Positions 39,901 through 50,930 of a stretch of DNA of 64,000 bases are shown one piece after another. The translations under genes were made by a program, and so were the position numbers. This DNA comes from Octopus bimaculoides (Eukaryota): assembly GCF_001194135.2 (NCBI RefSeq), contig NC_069005.1, positions 35,268,993-35,332,992 on the forward strand, in the 5' to 3' direction. Position 1 is the stretch's first letter, and each line of letters opens with the position of its first letter. The notes beneath the pieces were generated by a model. It had not been told where the DNA came from and did no database searches. It saw only the letters and a list, made by a program, of their open reading frames with translations.

Positions 39901-42900
39901 AGGGACGAGTTGACTACAGCACAACTTTGTTCTATTGAAGCATGAGTGTCAGCTGGAAGCAGACCATTTATGTAGACGATTCCAGGTAACCTGCAATGCA
40001 GCACTAGTTTATAAGAGAGAGATAAGAGGCTGGCAGGGGTGATACAGTCAGTTGTTGGAGTTAGAATGGAGTACTGTTGGGTTAATGGTGCAGATAAAGA
40101 TGGAGACGGTTTGGGATATCTTTTGCATCGAGGCATGGTGGAAAATTATCAGTTTATGCAATATAAAAAGTCCTGAGGAAAAAGCGGTGAATGTGTAGCA
40201 CCCCAAAAATAGTAAAATGTAGTTGGCAAAAAATGTTAAACAGACCGAATAAAGAGATTTGAAGTTGCTACTTTAAGTTGGAATAATTATATGAAAAGAG
40301 CGCTCGCATGAAAACAGAGGCAACTCGCAAATGTATACTGCTGGCAGTACTGTGCAAGCAGTTGATAAGAGCTGGGTGTGTGTCATGTTTTTTCGCTGGC
40401 TCAAACCTAATCCAAGGTGAATTGAGAGTAATCTATTTATGTAGGGGGTGTGGAATTTTGAGGAAAAAATAAGAAAAAGCGTCCCAAGTCACAGAGAGCA
40501 CACATGTCAAATTTGGTTGAAAATTGTAGGAGTAGAAGTGGTTCACATAACACACAGACAGACAACTTGCCTTTTAATATTTAAGATACTTTTTAAAAGT
40601 TCTTATCTTCCATAATGCTGTGAAATTTTTGGGGATTAATTCTTCAGTCAACAAAGGCATTAAACCAGTGTTGTATTTTCCTGTTTTACAACCATTTTTC
40701 AGTTTCGCTTCCATTTGATATTGGTTCTTGTTGGAGTAATTATTTGGTGGTAATTAATTAACCATAAAGAGTGTATCTGTTTATCAACCAAGAATATTGA
40801 AGGAAACGAGGTGGTGGGGGGGCAACATTACATCTATAGAACTAAACAAAGGAGGAAGAGAAGTCAACTTACGTTTTGATTTTATTCAGGAACTTTTCAT
40901 AATAACAATCTTCAATCTATAAAGTAAGAAATTGTTTCAAGTACAATTTGTAGACATTAGGAGAGCATATTTTATTTATTATTAAAGTGGGAAGGTGTCA
41001 GGTTCAAATAAAGATGGCAGCAGTTGAGGCTTTAAGAAGCTCACTTTAAATTTGATCTGACAAGGAATAATTGGGTCGTCGAAGGAAGAATCTGAATTCA
41101 GAATGCAAAGTAACAGAAGACAAGGAATCCTATCCAACATTTACAATTTCATCAGTCTTTTTACTTTGGATTGGTATTTTATCCAACCTGAAGAGATAAA
41201 AAGTTGTGGGATTTAAACTTGGAGCTGAAATCAGTAAAGCTTGAAGAACTGCAATGAATGCTTCAAAATATTTCTTCCATTTCTTTACATTTGAACTTCA
41301 AATCCTGCAGAGGTTAACTTTGTCATTCATCCCTTCAGGCATTGATGAAATAAAGAACCAGTCGAGCACCGAGGCCAACTGTATCAATTAACTCCTTTAC
41401 AAATTGTTGGCTTTGTATCTAAATTGGAAATAATAATAGTACCAGGCAGTGGCTATCATGTACATTGTTTTGTCTTGGTATAAAAGATGGACTACAGAAA
41501 ATATTCTGCTTAATACCACAGAGTTGATTGTCAGTTGTTTGACCTTAACTAGTTGAGCATGTACCTTGGTGGCTGACGATTTGTGCATCTCTAATCACGA
41601 GCAGAAGTAGTTGGGAGTATCATAGCCATGTGTAGGGAGGAATTCTTTGGTGTTTGGATAATTCACCTTTGGAAAATGAAATTCATCTCAATACTTTAAA
41701 GTTAGTATTGAAAAATGTGTAGAGAAAGCGAGGGAAGTCCTGAGACTGACAAATATATATAAATGAAAATTAGACAAACACTTATGCAGAGAGGCACAAG
41801 CATGGCTGTGGGATTAATCTGTTGGCTTCACAACCACAGGTTCTAGATTCAATGCCATTGGACTGCACTGTGGACAAGTGTCTTCTCCCATTGATTTATG
41901 TTGGCCAATAGTAGGAGAAATTTTATAGGCAGAAACCAACCAGCTGTCCTGCTCAACCATCCATCTTCTACCATTGCTTTATATTGACCAATACGTTGTG
42001 AGAGAACTAGTGTTGGATATATTGGGTTGTTCTACCGGGAGCTAATGACACTCTTTACAAAACAAGTCAACAAATGGTCAACAGGGTTAATTACATTTGG
42101 ATCTAATTCAGAATAGAAACAATATCTGTCTGCTGAGTGAAATACTCACCTTGGGACCGATGATAACAAAGAAACACATTCTATGTTCTCTGTGCCATTC
42201 TGTAAGTACAAGGTAATTATTATAATTATTATTAGATTGGAATAATTCTGAGATAAATATTCTTTGAAGAAGCTCTTAATTACACAAATTAACCTCTTCC
42301 TCTTCATTGTTATTAAGTGAGGAGTGGTGGGCACAAGGTGAACCACTGGAACATCCAAGAGTAAAACTTAAAGATGATGAAGCAAATATTTTGGTTTAAA
42401 ATTCAATGTTTTAATTCAACAAAACCCTGCTTACATCTCGGGGTTTCACATCCCCAGCAACTGAGCCAACAACAGGGAGTCAATATGTCAGAAATAACAG
42501 CTAAATTTCCTTCCCATCACGTCCTACATTCTTAAAAAAAAAAAAATGCTGGGTAATATGGTGCTGAAGTTGCTGCAGAAAATGTAAGATGATCATCAAT
42601 GGAATGCCTTTAATTATGGGTCTGTTGGATCAAGCTTAGCATGGAGCTAAATAACATCAGTAGTTTCAACAGAGCTGTATGTACCATACAGGTTTACTCT
42701 CTTGTGTCGCACATCAGTGGTCTTTACAAGGGAGCCTTATTCCTCTGTGTCATACATCTGGGCTGGTGGTCTCTCTCTCTCTCCCATTTCCAGAGCATCC
42801 TACCACTACTAACACCAATACCACTGCACTATCTTACATTGCTTTAAATGTTTACACCGTCAAAGAATGATATTAAAAAATAAGGTGTGTACTCAACAAA

Positions 42901-45900
42901 CCTGAAAATATATCTGTGAGGTAGAGGGGGTCCTTTACGGACCGGATGCCACCAATTAGAAGGAAAATGTCCAAATCTTGAGCTGACAGTCCAGCCGGAA
43001 TATGATTGTGTGCCTTCAGGTATTCTGGCAGGGAAAAGTCTGATGGATATGTTTCAACAGCTAAAATAGAAAACACATTTATATATAGAGATATTTGGTA
43101 GTTCATAATTATGTGCATGTATATATATGTGTGTGTATTATATATATACACACACACATGTCTCATCATCACATAACACAGGCATGTATAAATGTGTGTG
43201 TGTTGATTTATAGTTGAGTACTTTTTTAAGTACTTCAAGTTTCTCATTGAATTGCAATCATCAGATGGCATTTCACCGAAACAATATTTTCAATAATGAT
43301 GACTTTTTACAATTTCACGGGGCATCAAATTTTAAGCTTCCAGCTGATCTTCGTTACATAGATGATCGATTGGACACTATATAGTTTTACTAGAATGACC
43401 TTATCTTAATGCACAACATCTTGTGTTTATAAAATAGATTAATCGAAGAGGCTCACTTTTGACTTCTAGACTGTTTTTCCAAAGTATTTCCCTCGAAATG
43501 AAGTCAATATAATTTTTCAGACAAAATGAACTTGAATCCGATTAACAATTTTGCACTGTTAATAACTGGGTGAAAGTGGTCTTTAATTAGTGCTTCTAAT
43601 TAGATGGAAGTTACTTTAAACCAGAGCAAATAATGCTTCTTGTAATGTGGGTTTTACATTTAAGTTGCATGGAGCGATTCATAAGATTACATTATATTTT
43701 CTATATTTGTGCTGAAGTTGTTCATTGAAAACAAAAAAAAAAATAACTTTTGAAGCAACAGAAAAGGAGCCAGTTTTAAGAACAAAAAGCAAAAAAAAAC
43801 ATATTCTTTTTCGTAAATGAAATACTTAGGAAACATAAAACAAATGTGTGAGTGCGAAATATAGAAGGTGCTTCCTATTCTTGATGCACAAAGTGTCATA
43901 ACATGGTGTTCAACTTTCAACACTTCTAATTTCTGGCTTTAAAATCAAGCAAAAGAAAAGCAAGGCAGTGCAGAGGGAGGTGGGGGGAACTGGCTGTTGC
44001 AGCTGGTGAAGGTTACAAGCAGGGTAAGCTTAGAGAATAAAAGAACCCAGACTAAACATAGCTAATCCTGACTGTCTTGGTTGAGAGACAACTACATGCC
44101 TTGTTACAAATCTAAAGGCTGGCTAATTCTGTCAAGTAATGCAAAAAAAATGTAGATGTTAAGGTTTCCAATGGTGATCGAAATAAATCTAAATTATTAT
44201 TATTATTTATTGTATGAGATCAAAGGAATGGCAGAGTTTAATCAGTGTTACATCTTGTACATTGTGGGGAAGTGACAAAATGAAAAGAAAAATGAACACT
44301 AGATGACAGGTAACGGGTAGGTATGAAAACAAAAAAAAGCAGAGAAATTCTGAATGAAATTTTCAAGTGATTTTGAGAAGGACAATAAATTGGATAATAC
44401 TGTTAATGGTGTCTGTGTTGTTAAATGGAGAATTAATATTATGGGATTAAAACTTCAATGAAGGAAGGTCTCTAATACTGAAGATGGATTACATGAGATA
44501 ACAACATTGTTAAAGCTGAGATGTTATTATAACTAGAATCAGTTGCAAGAGAAATGTTAGCAATGCTTAAGAGTAATATGAAGGAATATCACTTAGGTGC
44601 ATATGTGATATATATATATATATATATCTATATATATCATCATCGCTTTCCATGCTGGCATGGGTTGGACGATTTGACTGAAGACTGGCAAACGGCTGCA
44701 CCAGGCTCCAATCTGATTTGGCAGAGTTTCTACAGCTGGACACCCTTCCTAACGCCAACCACTCTGAGAGTATAGTGGGTGCTTTTACATGCCTGTCAGG
44801 CTGTACTGGCAACGGCCACACTCAAAATGGTGTTTTTTACGTGCCACCTGCACAGGAGCCAGTCCAACAGCACTGGCAACGACCTCGCTCGAATGATTTT
44901 TCATGTGCCACTCGCACAAGTGCCAGTAAGGCGACGCTGGTAACAATCCCGCTGAAATGGTACTATTTATGTGCCACTGGCACGGAAGCCAGACAGCTGC
45001 TCTGGCAATGATCATGCTTGGATGGTGCTGTTAGTGCTCCACTGGCACAGGTGCCAGTCATCGAATTTAGTTCAATTACGATTTTGATTTCACTTGCCCC
45101 AACAGATCTTTGCAAGCAGAGTTTAGTGTCCAATGAAGGAAAGGTACGCATAAGTGGGCTGGCTACACACCTGGCAGAGGCCACGGATTATGGTCTCACT
45201 TGGCTTAACGGGTCTTCTCATGCACTGCATATTTCCAAAGGTCTCGGTCAATAGTCATTGCCTTGCTGAGGCCTAATGTTCAAAGGTCATGCTTCACCAC
45301 CTCATCCCAGGTCTTCCTGGGTCTACCTCTTCCACAGGTTCCCTCCACTGCTAGGGTGTGGCACTTTTTCACACAGCTATCCTCATCCATTCTCGCCACA
45401 TGACCATACCACCGCAATCATCTCTCTTGCACACCACAACTGATGCTTCTTAGGTCCAACTTTTCTCTCAAAGTACTTACACTCTGTCGAGTATGCACAC
45501 TGACATTACACATCCATTGGAGCATACTGGCTTCATTCCTTGCAAGCCTATGCATGTCTTCAGCAGTCACGGCCCANNNNNNNNNNNNNNNNNNNNNNNN
45601 NNNNNNNNNNNNNNNNNNNNNNNNNNNNNNNNNNNNNNNNNNNNNNNNNNNNNNNNNNNNNNNNNNNNNNNNNNNNNNNNNNNNNNNNNNNNNNNNNNNN
45701 NNNNNNNNNNNNNNNNNNNNNNNNNNNNNNNNNNNNNNNNNNNNNNNNNNNNNNNNNNNNNNNNNNNNNNNNNNNNNNNNNNNNNNNNNNNNNNNNNNNN
45801 NNNNNNNNNNNNNNNNNNNNNNNNNNNNNNNNNNNNNNNNNNNNNNNNNNNNNNNNNNNNNNNNNNNNNNNNNNNNNNNNNNNNNNNNNNNNNNNNNNNN

Positions 45901-46071
45901 NNNNNNNNNNNNNNNNNNNNNNNNNNNNNNNNNNNNNNNNNNNNNNNNNNNNNNNNNNNNNNNATATATATCATGTTAGGAGTAATATATGAAGGAGTTA
46001 CAGCAGGTCTAGCAGCTGTGTGACTTGATTCATATCTAATCATATAAATACCCTTTTGGTTGGGTATATGA

Positions 46072-46113
<42 letters not shown>

Positions 46114-49100
46114 CATGGTCTGCAAGTATAGGACCCCTTTGTAACAGTGTTTAGTTACCACTCAGAGAGGATGAAAATTATAAGAGGCAGGATTGTGAAG
46201 TTGGCTGCTTCACAACTACCTTTGAAAGTCTGTCATAACTCTCCCACTTTAGTAAAAATAAATGTGGACAAGGACACCTGTCTCCCATAACTCTCAACTT
46301 GTTTGATGTCTGAACATCGTACAAGTATAAGACATAGGAATGAGGAGATAGAAGAATTGTAACAAATTAAAAATGCAATATAATACACCAAAATTAAATA
46401 AACCACAATTATAAAGTAAGATTTCAGAGCATAAGCTGGCAGAGAAGGTCAACATGAATTATGGGAAGAAACAAAAGAAGTGACAGAGTGATCCATTTTT
46501 GTTAAAGCAGCACTAAAATCAATACACATGGAAGAGTAGATGCCAGAACAAAGATACAAATTCTATAAACTGTAAATAGAAGGTAAAAGAAGGGGAAAAC
46601 CTAGAAATATGTGGATGGATAACAAGAACTGGACAGACTGAAAATACAGTGAGACTGTATAATGATTAAACAAGAAAGACTGAGAAGAGGATGGATGATC
46701 TTCAAACACCTGAGAGTAGATGATACCTGAGGATGATTAATTAAACCAGACTCCAGTAAATGACTGGAACAGATTTAATCAATGTTGAAAGGTGAAAAAC
46801 AAATTCTTATTAATGTTTTAGATCTGAGTTACTCGCGCATTAAATCCATGTCAAAGACATTTTCAATTATTTGTGTTGACTAAACATAAAACTGATTTAA
46901 TTTGATAGTGTGTAGGTAGGTTCATTAGAAAAAGGTATAATGTGTGTTGACTGGATAGCACAGTGCTAATTGGATATATGTACACAGTGTATAGATGTTG
47001 GATGAACAGCTATATAGGCACAATATGTTCATGTTGAGTAGGTAGTAGAGAGACAGTGTGTAGATTTTGGATAAACAGTGATTAGATGTTGACTGAATAG
47101 ACAGACATAAGTGTGCAGATACGGACGAGATATATAGACAGACACAGTGTGTAGCTGCTCTTGAAGAGATAAATACATAGACACAGAGTGTAGAAGTTGG
47201 CTAATAGACAGACATAGCATGTACATGTTGACTGAATAGAGACAAAGTAGATGGGATAGACAGGTAACAAGATGTAGGTGGGACAGGCAGGTAACAAGGT
47301 ATAGACGTTGATGGTATAAAGAATATTACTAGTTGTATAGCACCAAGAAGGAATAGTAACCCAGCTGATCCAAATTTGGAATGGATAAGATGGCAGCCAA
47401 CCAATAACCTTTAATCAATTAGATTCTAATGTTTTTATATATTTGTTTGTCATAACTGTTACGTGACAGGGAAGTATTAAATATTAGGGACCAGGTTCTA
47501 AAACAGATGATAGGTACCTTGAGGGATAGATATAAATATCCCAGCATCTATGTTTTTCTGAAATTAAAATAGAAAATAGACATTTTATTTGTCTGCAATA
47601 ATAAGGATTTTTGAATCATAGGGGCCAAATATTTAGAGAAGAAGAGAATACTAAATGACATCCTGTGCCTTTCTCAAGGGCAATAGTGATGTTAGTGAAG
47701 TGAAATAACTTCAACTGGGAATTCAACAGATTGAGAGGATATCATCAGTCACTTCATAACACCATATTTTTCTCAAATATCAGAAAATCTTTGAATTGAA
47801 CATGAAATTAGTTTCCAAAGGAAACTAAGCAGAGCTGATGGAAATAATCTCAATGTATTTTCTGTTGCTTATTTTAACAATTAGCGAAGGCTCTAAGCCA
47901 CAGTCGACTCAGGCAAGATTTAAATATGAAAGTATGACAAAATTAGATACATTAAAGAATCCAATTCACAAGACTTCTGCACTACTATCATATTCTCTCC
48001 AATAATATCCACAACACACAAACATACGTGTGTGTGTGTTAATAAAAGAATCAGAATTTAGATAACTACAATTCATTGAGAGCTTTCATCCCTTTTCAGG
48101 TATTCATCATGAATTATTGGGCTGTTGGAAAATTTGCCTTTTTATAGATATATGAGTCAGTTGAAAAAGGTCAAGAGTTTAACGTGTTTTCTTGGGTTTT
48201 GGGAAAACAATGTTTGAGCTAATACAGTTCTATATTTAAGAGAATTATGTACATTATTTGCATCTCATCTTGTTTGTTGTTAACACAACGTTTTGGCTGA
48301 TATACCCTCCAGCCTTCATCAGGTGTCTTGGGGAGATTTCGAACCTTGGTTCTCATTCCTAAGGTATTTTTCGATGTTCTTATCATTATTATTATTCAGG
48401 TCACTGCCTGGAATTGAACTCGGAATCTTGGGGTTAGTAGCACACACTCTTAACCACTACGCCATATGGTGTAGTGGTTTGGAAGCAGAGCTTCATTTCC
48501 CATTCAAACTGCACCAGCTTTTGGAATGTCATCCCCGCTGTATTTAGCTGAGCATTATCGTTCGGATGGTGCTTTTTACATGCCACTGGTACGGATATCA
48601 CACCTACAATTTCCATTTTTCCCCACATCCAGGTTAACAAAGAACTTACTAGATTTATGAACTAAAACTTATATTAAAAATTTTTTAAATAATAAGTTAA
48701 ATTCAAATTACGACAAACGTAAATAAACAAACGAAGTTTGCTTTTAGAAGCATTGAGATGTCTTTTAGAAAGTTAAAGAAGTGATTTTAAATTCTCAATT
48801 GCAGTATTCTGCGATTGAGAATTTAAAATCACTTCTTTAACTTTCTAAAAATAATAAATTAAACTGATTAGAACTACCAGTGAAGTCTTTCTTTTTCCTT
48901 TTTTCAAAATATATATATATGCCCTCACATACATAATATATCTTTATAGTCACATGAGCGCAGTTGACAGACTTTTTCCACTTATATTGTATTGATGAAG
49001 TTGAGTCTATAGCAGTAGACAATTGCTCAAGATGTCATGCAGTGAATTTGAACCTGTATCTTTGTGGTTGCAAAGCAAATACCTTAGTCACATTTGGAAT

Positions 49101-50898
49101 ACTTTTGCCCATGTTAACAAATTTTTTTTTGAGTGCACACACACCCACTTATAAAAATGTATGTGGGTGAAAGGAGAATGAAAACTAACATTACCCATAA
49201 TCTTGTAGCTGTGTTGACCATTTGTTTACTAAATCCTATTATGTACCTGAAAAAAGAAAGTTTTAAAATTTCTATGTATAAATGACAAAACAGAAATCCT
49301 AAATATTTCTATAACTGCTTTCAATAATAAATGATTTTGCAATTTTAACTTGATATGGTTAAATAAGTTTTAACTTTAGTACAAAAATCTTGTTCATATT
49401 ACTTGATGAAGCATGATGTGAATAGTAAAGGTAGATGTATTGAAAAAGTAGAATGACAAAGCAGTTTTAAACAATATTACAATTAATATTCTGAAGTGGT
49501 TTTCTGGTTAAATTACTGCACTAACCTAAATATCTATTGTCCAGAAGTTGTAACTGGTACAGAAGATAATTTTAGTTGTTGGCCCAGTTAAAACACCCAC
49601 CACTACCTAATTATCTCAGTTAACCCAGCCATAAAGTAAACCTTAAACAAGATACATCCATAATTACCATTCAGTTGCATGACTGAGTCATTGGACATGA
49701 AGGGTGTGTACCAATAAAGATATCTAATTCAAAAATTTTCTATAACTCTATGTATTGGCTAGACTGTAACAACCCGTATGAAAAAGCAGATATAAAAATC
49801 TGCAATAAAACAGACATACAATATATATATATATATATATATATATANNNNNNNNNNNNNNNNNNNNNNNNNNNNNNNNNNNNNNNNNNNNNNNNNNNNN
49901 NNNNNNNNNNNNNNNNNNNNNNNNNNNNNNNNNNNNNNNNNNNNNNNNNNNNNNNNNNNNNNNNNNNNNNNNNNNNNNNNNNNNNNNNNNNNNNNNNNNN
50001 NNNNNNNNNNNNNNNNNNNNNNNNNNNNNNNNNNNNNNNNNNNNNNNNNNNNNNNNNNNNNNNNNNNNNNNNNNNNNNNNNNNNNNNNNNNNNNNNNNNN
50101 NNNNNNNNNNNNNNNNNNNNNNNNNNNNNNNNNNNNNNNNNNNNNNNNNNNNNNNNNNNNNNNNNNNNNNNNNNNNNNNNNNNNNNNNNNNNNNNNNNNN
50201 NNNNNNNNNNNNNNNNNNNNNNNNNNNNNNNNNNNNNNNNNNNNNNNNNNNNNNNNNNNNNNNNNNNNNNNNNNNNNNNNNNNNNNNNNNNNNNNNNNNN
50301 NNNNNNNNNNNNNNNNNNNNNNNNNNNNNNNNNNNNNNNNNNNNNNNNNNNNNNNNNNNNNNNNNNNNNNNNNNNNNNNNNNNNNNNNNNNNNNNNNNNN
50401 NNNNNNNNNNNNNNNNNNNNNNNNNNNNNNNNNNNNNNNNNNNNNNNNNNNNNNNNNNNNNNNNNNNNNNNNNNNNNNNNNNNNNNNNNNNNNNNNNNNN
50501 NNNNNNNNNNNNNNNNNNNNNNNNNNNNNNNNNNNNNNNNNNNNNNNNNNNNNNNNNNNNNNNNNNNNNNNNNNNNNNNNNNNNNNNNNACCACATGTCC
50601 ATACCAGCGCAATCGTCTCTCTTGCACAACACAAATGATGCTTCTAATGTTCAGCTTTTCTCTCAAGATACTTACACTCTGACGGGTATTCACATTGACA
50701 TTACACATCCAACGGAGCATACTGGCTTCATTCCTTGTGAGCTTACGTATGTCCTCAGCAGTTACAGCCCGTGTTTCACTGCTATGTAGCATGGCTGTTC
50801 GTACGCATGCGTCATACAGTCTGCCTTTTACTCTGAGTGAGAGTCCCTTTGTCGCCAGCAGGGGTAAGAGCTCTCTAAACTTTGCCCAGGCTATTCTT

Positions 50899-50930
<32 letters not shown>

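Noticed and set aside
43231-43270. Minus-strand CTGATGA...GAGAAAC resembling a hammerhead
   Set aside because: Stem II is out of register, there is no NUH triplet and no stem I partner.
44554-45254. Cluster of overlapping 70-100 aa ORFs on both strands
   Set aside because: All lie within the SINE/LINE tail, which is poor in stop codons; similar peptides recur at 13.1, 15.6 and 21.3 kb.
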